Assembly: GCA_949841045.1 (NCBI GenBank) | Contig: CATKXS010000006.1 | Span: 1-62,897 of the forward strand | DNA: 62,897 bases | Direction: 5' to 3' | DNA from: an uncultured Clostridia bacterium | Lineage (GTDB): Bacteria > Bacillota > Clostridia > Christensenellales > UBA1242 | In this document: in pieces, positions 39,392-50,004 of the stretch | How positions within the stretch are numbered: the first letter of the stretch is position 1 | How the letters are laid out: every line of letters starts with the position of its first letter | Made by a program: the position numbers and the translations under genes | Notes under the pieces: model-generated | What the model saw: the letters and a program-made list of their open reading frames with translations, nothing else | What the model was told of the DNA's origin: nothing | Databases searched by the model: none

Positions 39392-42300
39392 ATGTACAAT
39401 AAAGTTGAAACTAAACTTGATTTTTTAAAAAACGAAGAAAAAATTCTTAAATTTTGGGAAGAGCATGACATTGTCAATAAAACCCTAAAACTCAATGAGG
39501 GCAGTGACAAAAGCTATACTCTTTTTGACGGACCTCCGACAGCAAATGGCAAGCCTCACATCGGGCACCTTCTTACAAGAGCGATGAAGGATATTATCCC
39601 TCGCTTTAAGACAATGAAAGGATATTATGTTTATCGTAAGGCTGGTTGGGACACTCACGGTCTTCCTGTTGAAGTTGAGATTGAAAAGAAACTTGGTCTT
39701 AATGGCAAGCAGGACATTGAAAAATATGGCGTGGACAAGTTTATTGAACTTTGCCGCCATTCTGTTTGGGAATATAAAGAGCAGTGGGAAAAGTTTACTA
39801 AGAGAATAGGTTATATAGTTGATATGGACAATCCATATATCACTTATGACAATGGCTATATTGAAAGTATCTTCTGGGCACTTAAAGAAATGGATAAAAA
39901 GGGGCTTGTTTATAAGGGATATAAAATTATGCCTTATTGCCCTCGTTGCGGAACTACGCTTTCTAAAATGGAAGTTGAGAATGGTGACAACTATAAACTT
40001 TTAAAAGAAAACTCTGTTTTTGTTAAGTTTAAGAGTTTAGAAGAAGACAACACATACTTTATTGTTTGGACTACTACACCTTGGACTCTTCCTTCAAACG
40101 TTGCACTTTGTATGAATCCAAATGAAGTTTATTGCAAACTTTCTCACGATGGCAAGAACTATATCATGCTTGAAAAACTAGTTCCTACGCTCTTTGAAGA
40201 GGGAAGTTATGATATTGTTTACCGCAAACAAGGTAAGGAATTTGAGTATCATAAATATCAGCCACTTTTTGACTATGCTAAGGATAAAGTTAAAAAGGGA
40301 TATTTTGTAATCGTTGACGACTATGTAACAACCGAAGATGGAACAGGTATTGTTCATATTGCACCAGCTTTTGGTGAAGACGACTATAACGCATGCAGAA
40401 AGTATGATATAGACTTTGTTCAACTTGTTGACGAAAGCGGAAAAATGAGTGATAAAACTGAGTTTGGCGGTCTTTTTGTTAAAGATGCCGACAAATTTAT
40501 CATTGAAAAACTTAAAAAAGAGGATAAAATGTTCAAAATTTTGCCTTTTGAACATAATTATCCACATTGCTGGCGTTGCAAGTCACCACTTCTTTATTAT
40601 GCAAAAGACACTTGGTTTATTAAAACAACTGCTTACAAAGACAAAATGGTTGAGAATAATAATTCAGTTTACTGGTGTCCAGAACATATTAAAGCAGGTA
40701 GAATGGGCAATTTCCTTGCAAACAATATTGACTGGGGTATTTCAAGAAATCGTTATTGGGGTACACCTCTTCCATTCTGGGTTTGCAAAAATAATCATAT
40801 TCACGTTGTTGGAAGTGTGGACGAAATTGAGAAGCTTTCTGGGCAAAGACCTTCAGACCTTCACAAACCTAGTCTAGATAAAATTACCTTCCCTTGTCCT
40901 GAATGTGGGGAGATTATGCATCGCACACCTGAGGTTATGGACTGCTGGTTCGATAGTGGGGCAATGCCATTCGCTCAATATCATTATCCATTTGAAAACA
41001 AAGAGAAATTTGAGAAGTCTTTCCCTGCTGATTATATCAGTGAGGCTATTGACCAAACTCGTGGTTGGTTCTATACAATGCAGGCTGTAAATACACCACT
41101 TTTCGGACAATCTCCATATAAGGCTTGCAATCTTTTAGGACTTGTGCTTGATAAACATGGACTAAAAATGTCGAAATCGCTTGGAAATGGAATTGACCCA
41201 TGGAGTGTACTTGACAAAGAGGGTGCTGACGCGCTTAGATGGTATTTCTATAACAACTGCCTTCCAGGACAGGGAATTTCATTTAATGAAGACAATCTAG
41301 TAGACCTTCAGCGTAAATTTATGGGAACACTTTGGAATGTCTATGCTTTCTATGTGCTTTACGCCGAAATAGACAAAATTGACCCAACAAAATATGATTT
41401 CAAGGATTGCAAATTATCTTTCCTTGACAGATGGCTTTTATCTGAATATAACGCACTGGTGAAATTCGTCAATGAAAGTCTTGAAAAACTTGATATGCTT
41501 TCTTCTTCAAGAAAGATAACTGAATTTGTTGATATGTTGTCGAACTGGTATGTCCGCCGTTCACGTGAAAGGTTCTGGGGAAGTGAGGAGAGCGAGGATA
41601 AACGCTCAGCATACAAGACACTTTATGAAGTTCTTGTTGGACTTTCAAAACTTATTGCTCCATTTGTGCCATTTATAGCAGAAGAAATTTATCAAAACTT
41701 GGTGAGAAATCTTGATAAAAATGCACCAGAAAGTGTACATTTCGCATCTTTCCCAGAAGCTGATTTGAATTTGATTGATAGCAAGCTTAACGAAGGTATG
41801 GAAGAAGTACTTGGAATAGTGCTTTTAGGAAGGACTTGCAGAGCTGCAAGTGGCGTTAAAAATCGTCAACCTCTTTCAAAGGTTATGATTTGCGCTAAGG
41901 GAGAATTAAAACTTGATAATGAACTTATCGGACTTATCAAAGATGAACTAAATGTTTTGAATGTTGAACTTCTTAAAGAGGCAGATGAATATGTTTCATT
42001 TGAACTTAAACCACAACTTAAAACTCTTGGTCCAAAATATGGCAAAAACTTAGGATTTATCCGTGAATTTTTAACAAAATGCAATGCAACTGAAATTGTA
42101 AGCAAAGTTAGAAGTGGCGAGGTCGTTTCTCTTACTGCTCCTGATGGCAGTTTGATTGAACTTGGTGAAAGTGACCTACTTATTAGCCTTAAAAATAAAG
42201 AGGGCTATTCGTCAGACTCAAACGGCGAAATGACAGTAGTGCTTGATACTGCTATTGATGATGAACTTTTAAAACTCGGTCTTATTGCTGAATTTGTAAG

Positions 42301-42523
42301 CAAGGTTCAAACTCTTAGAAAGGATAGCGGTCTTGAAGTTGTCAACCATATTGCAATTGAAATTTGTGGTGATGAAGATATTTGCAAAAATTTACTTGAA
42401 AATTCAAATAGTTTTGTAAAAACACTTCTTGCTGATAGTTTCAAAAAGGGTGATAAAGGCGACTTTTCAACAAGTCTGACTTTTGAAGGTAAGGAACTTA
42501 GCATTTACATTACAAAAATTTAA
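39392..42523 (+). CDS. ileS: Isoleucine-tRNA ligase (type 2, long C-terminus)
   Basis: DGPPTANG.PHIGH, WTTTPWT, DWGISR, KMSKS; 1043 aa. Confidence 0.96.
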   Translation: MYNKVETKLDFLKNEEKILKFWEEHDIVNKTLKLNEGSDKSYTLFDGPPTANGKPHIGHLLTRAMKDIIPRFKTMKGYYVYRKAGWDTHGLPVEVEIEKKLGLNGKQDIEKYGVDKFIELCRHSVWEYKEQWEKFTKRIGYIVDMDNPYITYDNGYIESIFWALKEMDKKGLVYKGYKIMPYCPRCGTTLSKMEVENGDNYKLLKENSVFVKFKSLEEDNTYFIVWTTTPWTLPSNVALCMNPNEVYCKLSHDGKNYIMLEKLVPTLFEEGSYDIVYRKQGKEFEYHKYQPLFDYAKDKVKKGYFVIVDDYVTTEDGTGIVHIAPAFGEDDYNACRKYDIDFVQLVDESGKMSDKTEFGGLFVKDADKFIIEKLKKEDKMFKILPFEHNYPHCWRCKSPLLYYAKDTWFIKTTAYKDKMVENNNSVYWCPEHIKAGRMGNFLANNIDWGISRNRYWGTPLPFWVCKNNHIHVVGSVDEIEKLSGQRPSDLHKPSLDKITFPCPECGEIMHRTPEVMDCWFDSGAMPFAQYHYPFENKEKFEKSFPADYISEAIDQTRGWFYTMQAVNTPLFGQSPYKACNLLGLVLDKHGLKMSKSLGNGIDPWSVLDKEGADALRWYFYNNCLPGQGISFNEDNLVDLQRKFMGTLWNVYAFYVLYAEIDKIDPTKYDFKDCKLSFLDRWLLSEYNALVKFVNESLEKLDMLSSSRKITEFVDMLSNWYVRRSRERFWGSEESEDKRSAYKTLYEVLVGLSKLIAPFVPFIAEEIYQNLVRNLDKNAPESVHFASFPEADLNLIDSKLNEGMEEVLGIVLLGRTCRAASGVKNRQPLSKVMICAKGELKLDNELIGLIKDELNVLNVELLKEADEYVSFELKPQLKTLGPKYGKNLGFIREFLTKCNATEIVSKVRSGEVVSLTAPDGSLIELGESDLLISLKNKEGYSSDSNGEMTVVLDTAIDDELLKLGLIAEFVSKVQTLRKDSGLEVVNHIAIEICGDEDICKNLLENSNSFVKTLLADSFKKGDKGDFSTSLTFEGKELSIYITKI

Positions 42524-42671
42524 ATTAAAGCGGAGTTAACTCCGCTTTTTTATAACAAATAAAAAAGGGCTATAAGTAAAATAAAATGTCAGCTAAATAA
42601 GTGTTTTGTATTAAATTAAGTTGATTAATTATCAAATTTTTGTTACAATATGAAATATTACGAGGTGAAAA

Positions 42672-43523
42672 TTGAAAACCGCAAATTCATGGAAAGATTA
42701 CGAAGTTTTGGCGACTGGTGACGGCGAAAAACTTGAACGTTGGGGAAAATATACTCTTTTAAGACCTGACCCACAAGTTATATGGCACTCAAAAACAGAA
42801 CTTAGCAAATATAACGGCTTATCGGGCCATTATTTAAGGTCAAAAAGCGGAGGCGGAAGCTGGGATTTTAAGACCCGCATTCCAGACAACTGGCAAATCG
42901 AATGGAAAGGAATAAAGTTTATAATTAAGCCTATGGGCTTTAAGCATACCGGACTTTTCCCTGAGCAAGCCGTCAACTGGCAGGACATGACCGATTTAAT
43001 CACAAAGGCAAATAGACCTATTAAGGTGTTAAACCTTTTTGCTTATACGGGTGGAGCAAGTGTGGTTTGTGCCAAAGCTGGTGCACAAGTTACACACGTT
43101 GATGCAAGCAAAGGTATGGTTGAGCGTGCAAAAGAGAACGCAGGAATAAATGGAATAAGCACTATTCGCTACATCATTGACGATTGTGAGAAGTTTATAA
43201 ATAGAGAAATTAGACGCGGGAATTTTTACGACGCTATAATTATGGACCCGCCAAGTTATGGACGTGGTGCAAATGGTGAAATGTGGAAGCTTGAAGATAA
43301 TCTCTTTGACTTCGTTGAGCTTACTAAAAAAGTGCTTTCAGATAAACCTCTTTTTGTGCTTATTTCTTCATATACAACAGGACTTCAAGCAAGTGTTTTA
43401 TCAAACATTTTAAGTCTTGTGTTTGGCGAGGGTAATATTGACTCCGATGAAATTGGACTACCAACAAAAGAAAATATTGTTTTGCCTTGCGGGGCTAGAG
43501 GATTGAAAATATGGAAAAACTAA
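42672..43523 (+). CDS. Class I SAM methyltransferase (RlmI/K-like C-terminal domain)
   Basis: HTGLFPEQ, LNLFAYTG, DPPSY. Confidence 0.85.
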   Translation: MKTANSWKDYEVLATGDGEKLERWGKYTLLRPDPQVIWHSKTELSKYNGLSGHYLRSKSGGGSWDFKTRIPDNWQIEWKGIKFIIKPMGFKHTGLFPEQAVNWQDMTDLITKANRPIKVLNLFAYTGGASVVCAKAGAQVTHVDASKGMVERAKENAGINGISTIRYIIDDCEKFINREIRRGNFYDAIIMDPPSYGRGANGEMWKLEDNLFDFVELTKKVLSDKPLFVLISSYTTGLQASVLSNILSLVFGEGNIDSDEIGLPTKENIVLPCGARGLKIWKN

Positions 43524-44203
43524 TGGTATTATATGAAGATAATCAGGTTGTTGTGGTAGTTAAGCCACACAACGTGCCAACTCAGGCGGACGCGTCTGGT
43601 GACGAAGATATGCTGAGCATGGTTAAAAAATATATCAAAGAAAAATATAATAAAGAGGGCGATGCTTTTATTGGGCTTGTTCATCGTCTTGACCGTCCTA
43701 CGGGTGGTATTATGGTGTTCGCAAGAAATTCAAAGTCAGCTAGCCGACTCACAAGTCAGTTTGCTTCTCGTGATGTTGAAAAAACATACTATGCAGTGAC
43801 AAGCAAAGTACCAAAAGATAAAACTGGACATCTCACTCATTATTTAAAGAAAGATGAAAAGGAAAACATTGTTAAAATTATTCCGCTTGGTGAAGAAGGC
43901 GCAAAAAAGGCAGAACTTGATTATAAAGTTCTTGAGACTAAGGACGACATTGCACTTGTCGAAGTAAAACCAAAGACAGGCAGAGGACATCAGATTAGAG
44001 TTCAACTTGCAGGCATCAATTGTCCACTTGTTGGCGATAATAAATATGGTCGCGACAAGACTAAAGCGTCTACTTGTCTTGGGCTTTGGGCTGGAAAACT
44101 TGAGTTTACTCATCCAACAACAAAACAGCGTTTAATATTTAAAGCTGTCCCAGATAAAAAACCATTCACAGATTTTTATGTTGAAAAATATATTTTGAAA
44201 TAG
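43511..44203 (+). CDS. RluA-family pseudouridine synthase
   Basis: VHRLDRPTGG, TGRGHQIRVQL, GDNKYG. Confidence 0.92.
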   Translation: MEKLMVLYEDNQVVVVVKPHNVPTQADASGDEDMLSMVKKYIKEKYNKEGDAFIGLVHRLDRPTGGIMVFARNSKSASRLTSQFASRDVEKTYYAVTSKVPKDKTGHLTHYLKKDEKENIVKIIPLGEEGAKKAELDYKVLETKDDIALVEVKPKTGRGHQIRVQLAGINCPLVGDNKYGRDKTKASTCLGLWAGKLEFTHPTTKQRLIFKAVPDKKPFTDFYVEKYILK

Positions 44204-44211
44204 GGGGCAAA

Positions 44212-45990
44212 ATGTCAGAGGTTAATAGAAGTCAGATTGAAGAAAAGTATAAGTGGGATTTATCTTCTCTTTGCACCAGTGATGAAGATTTTTACGATAA
44301 ACTTGAGAAATCTAAAACTTTTTTACCTAAATTAAAGACTTTTGAGGGTAAATTAAACAATAAAGAGGCTATTTATGACTATTTAATGCTTGAAGAGGAA
44401 CTAGACAAAATCATAGAGCCAGCTCATCAATACTGCTTTTTAAAGTCAAGCGAAGACCTTTCAGAAGAAAAATATAATGAGATGTCAGAGAAGTTAAGTA
44501 CGTTTGGAAGTCAACTCGCATATGAGACCTCATTTGCTATTTCAGAAATTTATGAACTAGATGACAAGCTTCTTGACGATATAATTAAAGATGAAAAATT
44601 TAAGGATTATGACCGCTTTTTTGAGCATGTAAAGAGGGATAAGAAACACATTCTTTCAAAGGCGGAAGAAAAACTTATTGCAGGCATGGATTTTCTTGGA
44701 AGTCAAGATGAGGTCATGTCAAAACTTTCGGACGTCGATTTTGATTTTGGCGAAATTGAGGACTCTAGTGGCAAAAAATATCACCTTTCACAATCAAATT
44801 ATGGTAAATTTATGCGTCATGAAGATAGAAAGTTGAGAGAGGGGGCTTTTAAAGGTATAAATGGAAAGTTTGGCCAGTATATAAATGGGCTTTCAGCAAA
44901 CTATATCAGTCATATTAAAGAAGATTGTTATTTTGCAAAAGTTAGAAATTATAAAAATGCACTTTCTTCAGCTCTTGAAGGCGAGGAAATTGAGCCTAAA
45001 ATTTACGATAAATTGATAGAAATGGTGAATAAAAATTTGCCATTACTCTTCGACTATTTTTCCATTAAACAAAAAGAACTAAATCTCAAAGATTTCTATA
45101 TCTATGATGCAATGGCTTCAACTGAAAAGGGAGATGCAAAAAGTTATACTTTTGAAGAGGCTATGGAGATTATTAAGAAAGCACTTTCACCACTTGGCGA
45201 TGAATATCTTAAGCTATTAGATAAGGCTGTGGCTGAACGCTGGATTGATGTTTTCCCAAACAAAAACAAACATTCGGGCGCATATCAAAGTGGGATATAT
45301 GGTTATAACCCCTTTGTTCTCACCAACTTTGAAGGCGACCTTGATGGAGTGTTTACTCTTGCTCATGAGCTTGGGCATGCAATGCATAGCGTTTATTCAA
45401 ACGAAAAACAACCTCGTCAAAAAGCGTCACACCCAATATTTTTAGCTGAAATTGCAAGCATTACAAATGAAATACTTCTTTTAAATTATCTTCTTGCAAA
45501 TGCAAAGTCATCTGACGAAAAGAAAAATCTTTATAATAAATTCTTTGACGAAGTTAAGAGTACAATTTTTAGACAAACTATGTTTGCAGAGTTTGAAGAA
45601 AAAGTCCATGCTCTTCATGAGGCTGGTGAAGGGCTTACCAAAGAGAAGCTTTGTAACACATATTATAATCTTAATGAAAAATACTTTGGCTATGTTAAAC
45701 TTACGCCAGAGACTGCCTATGAATGGGCGAGAATTCCTCACTTTTTTGAAAGTTTTTATGTCTATAAATATGCGACAGGCATGATTGCTTCAATATGCTT
45801 TGCAAATAGAATTTTGTCAAATAAGGCTGACGCACTTGAAGGATACTTCAAATTTTTATCTGCAGGCTGCAGTGAAAAGCCTATATCTTTGTTGAAAAAA
45901 TGTGGTTGCAATTTTGAAGATGGAAGTGCATTCGATGACTGCTTTGAATACCTCGAAAATATGCTTAATGAGTGGAAAAAATTAATTTAA
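44212..45990 (+). CDS. pepF: Oligoendopeptidase F (M3B)
   Basis: KYKWDLS, HELGH, AEIAS, IPHF...FYVYKYA. Confidence 0.92.
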   Translation: MSEVNRSQIEEKYKWDLSSLCTSDEDFYDKLEKSKTFLPKLKTFEGKLNNKEAIYDYLMLEEELDKIIEPAHQYCFLKSSEDLSEEKYNEMSEKLSTFGSQLAYETSFAISEIYELDDKLLDDIIKDEKFKDYDRFFEHVKRDKKHILSKAEEKLIAGMDFLGSQDEVMSKLSDVDFDFGEIEDSSGKKYHLSQSNYGKFMRHEDRKLREGAFKGINGKFGQYINGLSANYISHIKEDCYFAKVRNYKNALSSALEGEEIEPKIYDKLIEMVNKNLPLLFDYFSIKQKELNLKDFYIYDAMASTEKGDAKSYTFEEAMEIIKKALSPLGDEYLKLLDKAVAERWIDVFPNKNKHSGAYQSGIYGYNPFVLTNFEGDLDGVFTLAHELGHAMHSVYSNEKQPRQKASHPIFLAEIASITNEILLLNYLLANAKSSDEKKNLYNKFFDEVKSTIFRQTMFAEFEEKVHALHEAGEGLTKEKLCNTYYNLNEKYFGYVKLTPETAYEWARIPHFFESFYVYKYATGMIASICFANRILSNKADALEGYFKFLSAGCSEKPISLLKKCGCNFEDGSAFDDCFEYLENMLNEWKKLI

Positions 45991-46069
45991 AGAAATCGGC
46001 TAAAGTCGATTTCTTTTTTTTCTTTCAGATTTGACAAATTATTTTATTTATATTATAATATTTATATAT

Positions 46070-48391
46070 ATGAAAACATATTTTGCTAGGCATAAAAGAA
46101 TAACCACTTTAATTGTTGTGTTTTTGATGATAATTTGCTCATCAATATTTTTGTTTGCATGTGAAAAGAAAGAGACAGACCAATATAATATAACTGCATC
46201 AAGTAATGGCAGTATACAAAAAGTCAAAATAGATAATGAGGTTTATTATAATGCGATGCCTTCTGACTGGTATACTTTTGACGGTTGGTATGATGGAGTA
46301 AAACTTTATAGTAACAATCCATCGTTAAAGATAACTAAAAATACTCCAAAAAATCTTGTTGCACATTTTGCAACGACTGGGGTTTTGACTTTTGACAGGA
46401 TTTTAAATAGTTTTTACAATACTTATAAAACTGGGCTTGCAGAAGATGGTGAATATTTTAATTTTTATAGCAGAGGAGAGTTTATAAAAGACAGCGAAGT
46501 CAACAGGATGGCTTTAGGTGGATTTTTAAACTTTGAAAATGGAACATCACAAATTCATTTGCTTAGCGAAGGAGATAGCAATTTATCGTTTATTTATGAT
46601 GGAAAAACAAATGATGAACGTCTTTTATTTGGAGTAGGTGAAAAAAAGATTGCCTATTCAAATGCTGGGATTTTAACAAATTTCATAAGCTCGCTTCCAA
46701 GTGCTGGAAGTGAGGCGTGGAACACAGAAAAAATTATTGGTGAAGGATATTACCAGTTTAATCAATATTTTGGCATAAATAACATATCAGGTTTTGTCGA
46801 AAAGGTTGAAAATTCGGGCAACAAATCTGTTTTAACTTTAAATTTACAAAGAATTTTTAATATGCTTAAAAATCTTCGACCTTCATTAAAGGAAGGCACT
46901 GCGCTCAAATTTCTTGCCGATATATTAGTATCCGAATACGAAGAAGCGCAAATTCCAAGAATGTCTGTTGAAATTAATGTAGATTATGCAGGCGAACAAA
47001 TTGAAGAGATAGAAAAAATTTCCTTTGTTTTTTCTCTTTCAAATGATTATTCTTTGAATTTTGGTGGAAATAAAGTTGTTATTCCAAAGTCAAATTTTTC
47101 ATTAGTGTTTGATAACCTTAAGTGTGGTTATGCCTCTTCTTCAAACTCAATAGGTGAAGACGAACTCAATTCATATCCAGTAAGCAAATATAACATGTTA
47201 AATTCTAGAATACTTGGGAATATGTCATTTCTTAACGGAGATGATTTTGAGGTAGATGATTATAACATTGAAATAAACGCTGATATAAATCCTCTTGCAC
47301 TAATTTCATATAAAAGAAAGGGTGAAGGTTTTGACAAGATTGATTGGGATAAATTTGGATTTTTGAGTTTAAGAATTAATCTTGTTCCCGCAACAACAAC
47401 AGATGGACTTAAAGAGCAAAAAGAACGCCATAATGGAGGAAGTGAATATTTGAATTTTCTTATTGATACAGAAAATAAGGGCGCAAAACTATTTGTTTAT
47501 AGTGAGCTTTATAATCCAAATTCATTTTTCTCAACCAACTATTTTTTAAATACTGCTTATGATATTCCATCACTTTTGGAATATGTCTATAGTAATAAAA
47601 ATGAATCTTCAATGGCAAATAATGATAACAGCGAATATAATTTGGTGGCTTCAATTTTTAAGCAACTTCTTGAAATTTGCATAAATTTTGATAAAAATGA
47701 TGCAAATCAAGCGATTTTTGATTTAATTTTGGACATTTTTGATGAAAATGACATGATAAGAAACAATTTAAAGTTGTCAAGCGATGGTATTATTTTGGAA
47801 CTTACTGAAATAAGAGAATACTTAAGAGAGCTTGAGGTGAAAAATGGTTTAGTTCTAACAATTTTTGACACTAAAACTCCTATAAAATTTGACAGGCATG
47901 CTTTTGGTGACGACAAATATAACATTACTAAACTTAAATTTAATTTTTCAAGTGTAGGTTATGGCGAGGTTAAAAAGAATGAAGAAGGCTTTTATTTAAA
48001 TAGTGAAAATCAGCCTATTGTAAATCAGAAGGCCAAAAGCGTGTCACTTATTGGCATAAATGAAATTGACATTTTAAAAGATAGTGAGTTTACGCTAGAG
48101 GAATTATATGCACTCGTTGGAACAATTGTAAATGCAAGCGGTGAGTTTATTGACGGAAGCGTAAGTGATGAATTTATAAATAATAAAAATGAAAAAGTTG
48201 TTATTGAACTTGATATTCTTGATATAAAAATTCTTAAAGAGGATAATGGCAAGGCGGACATAAAAGTTTATTTGCAAATTCATGATTCACAGAACCCTAA
48301 TGTTGACGAAACTTTAGGCAGTATCTTTAAAAATTATTTAGGAATTCCTTATGGTCTTTTTGTATATGAAACTTCAGTCGCTATAGCTTAA
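46070..48391 (+). CDS. Large hypothetical lipoprotein
   Basis: Lipobox LFA-C; YTFDGWY (InlB B-repeat-like); TTGACA-17-TATAAT directly upstream. Confidence 0.7.
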   Translation: MKTYFARHKRITTLIVVFLMIICSSIFLFACEKKETDQYNITASSNGSIQKVKIDNEVYYNAMPSDWYTFDGWYDGVKLYSNNPSLKITKNTPKNLVAHFATTGVLTFDRILNSFYNTYKTGLAEDGEYFNFYSRGEFIKDSEVNRMALGGFLNFENGTSQIHLLSEGDSNLSFIYDGKTNDERLLFGVGEKKIAYSNAGILTNFISSLPSAGSEAWNTEKIIGEGYYQFNQYFGINNISGFVEKVENSGNKSVLTLNLQRIFNMLKNLRPSLKEGTALKFLADILVSEYEEAQIPRMSVEINVDYAGEQIEEIEKISFVFSLSNDYSLNFGGNKVVIPKSNFSLVFDNLKCGYASSSNSIGEDELNSYPVSKYNMLNSRILGNMSFLNGDDFEVDDYNIEINADINPLALISYKRKGEGFDKIDWDKFGFLSLRINLVPATTTDGLKEQKERHNGGSEYLNFLIDTENKGAKLFVYSELYNPNSFFSTNYFLNTAYDIPSLLEYVYSNKNESSMANNDNSEYNLVASIFKQLLEICINFDKNDANQAIFDLILDIFDENDMIRNNLKLSSDGIILELTEIREYLRELEVKNGLVLTIFDTKTPIKFDRHAFGDDKYNITKLKFNFSSVGYGEVKKNEEGFYLNSENQPIVNQKAKSVSLIGINEIDILKDSEFTLEELYALVGTIVNASGEFIDGSVSDEFINNKNEKVVIELDILDIKILKEDNGKADIKVYLQIHDSQNPNVDETLGSIFKNYLGIPYGLFVYETSVAIA

Positions 48392-48446
48392 CAGATTTTT
48401 AAATATAAAGATTGATAATAAAAAACATGGATTACTTCCATGTTTT

Positions 48447-49157
48447 TTAATTTAACTCTACTATATCGCCTTGACTAGGGGTGTGAATTCCCAATTCTTT
48501 TAATTTTTCAACTGAGTAAATTGACATATGCACTGGATAAATTTTGCAATTAGTAAATTCTTCTTTAAGTGATACAATCTCCTCAACGCATAAATGTTTA
48601 TTGTTTTTCTCAATATTTGATGCATCTACAAAAGCTATTTTACTTTTTGAAATTATTTTTCTTACATTATTGCACATAGCTGTATCGCCACTGAAGCCGG
48701 CTATCAAACCATTCTGCTCAATTTTAAAACCAAAACTTTCAACGCTTCCATGTAGCATTTTATAGCATTTTATTTTATATTGTCCAAGTTTTATAATCTT
48801 GTTATTTTCACACTCAACAATTTCGTACATATCTTTTAAAGCTTCTTCAAGATAGGATACTTCAACTATCTTAAATAGAGATATTAGCCTTTCTTTACAA
48901 CCTTTTGGTGCAATTATTATAATTTTTTTACCCTTGCAATGGTGATAAATATAATCCATTACAAGGTGAATATCTGTAAAGTGGTCACTATGAAAATGTG
49001 ATAAAATAATATAGTTAATTTTTGTTAAGTCATAGTCGGCAAAGAGAGTTTTAAAAGTGCCTTGAGGGGCGTCAAACAAAATTTCATCATTTATTATATA
49101 GCTAGTTGATAAAAGTTTTGTCCAAGTGCACATACATCCAACAACGTCAATTTTCAT
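48447..49157 (-). CDS. MBL-fold hydrolase (RNase Z-like)
   Basis: SHFHSDH, H..SFG, SGDT, H, VH motifs. Confidence 0.85.
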   Translation of the reverse strand: MKIDVVGCMCTWTKLLSTSYIINDEILFDAPQGTFKTLFADYDLTKINYIILSHFHSDHFTDIHLVMDYIYHHCKGKKIIIIAPKGCKERLISLFKIVEVSYLEEALKDMYEIVECENNKIIKLGQYKIKCYKMLHGSVESFGFKIEQNGLIAGFSGDTAMCNNVRKIISKSKIAFVDASNIEKNNKHLCVEEIVSLKEEFTNCKIYPVHMSIYSVEKLKELGIHTPSQGDIVELN

Positions 49158-49855
49158 TTTTTACATTCCTTTTGTTTTAACATGTTAAATTTATAGGCTT
49201 TATTTACTTTGAGCACATGAAAGATTTTTCCAAATTTATATTTATTGCTAAAGAACATATATGCCGAAATGCAGATTGTTAAAAACCCAACAATTGTACC
49301 AGTAATTGTGTTGTAAATTACTGATTTTTCTGAGTAATTTACTGAAAGAAGGGCAATTTGAGTAAGTACAATTGATGACATAGCACTGCAAAGATTTATA
49401 AATTTGAGTCCCGTCAGAAGCAAATCGTTGGATTTTTTTGATTTTATAAGTCCCCATATTGAGAAAAATAATTCGCAGAAAGCGACTGCGGCAATTCCTA
49501 TTGATATGATTGGGTCATAATTGTTTTGTTGAGGGTGGAAAAATATTCCTAGAAAATAGAGGGTATATAAAAAACCAGCAAAGGTGAGTGAAGCAGATAT
49601 TCGATTATAGTAAATATGTTCTTCATATCGTTTTTTGCAGTGACGGCGTCCGTCAAAGTAAGAAGCTTTGGCAAAGGCTATGAAAATTGTATAAAGTCCG
49701 CTTAAAGAAATAAAAATAGACCTAATAAAAAAGGCAAGAATCAGTTTTAATATTGCCCATATTAAATTCGATACCATTGTTATTTTATTAATCATGCTTG
49801 TTTTTTCATCGTAAGGTAAATTTCGCCATGATTTAATTAAATCAAACTTTGCCAT
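49154..49855 (-). CDS. Multi-pass membrane protein
   Basis: About 6 hydrophobic segments; ATG at 49855 after TTGACA-17-TATACT. Confidence 0.7.
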   Translation of the reverse strand: MAKFDLIKSWRNLPYDEKTSMINKITMVSNLIWAILKLILAFFIRSIFISLSGLYTIFIAFAKASYFDGRRHCKKRYEEHIYYNRISASLTFAGFLYTLYFLGIFFHPQQNNYDPIISIGIAAVAFCELFFSIWGLIKSKKSNDLLLTGLKFINLCSAMSSIVLTQIALLSVNYSEKSVIYNTITGTIVGFLTICISAYMFFSNKYKFGKIFHVLKVNKAYKFNMLKQKECKK

Positions 49856-50004
49856 ATTAATAAAAAGTATAATATATGGCGATTCTTTTGTCAATCATGG
49901 CGGAGAAAACAATTATAAAAAATATTTACATTTTTTTCGTTTTAGTCTTGAATTTTTTTTAAAGTATGTTACAATTAAATTAGATAAATTTGCGAGGTAC
50001 AATT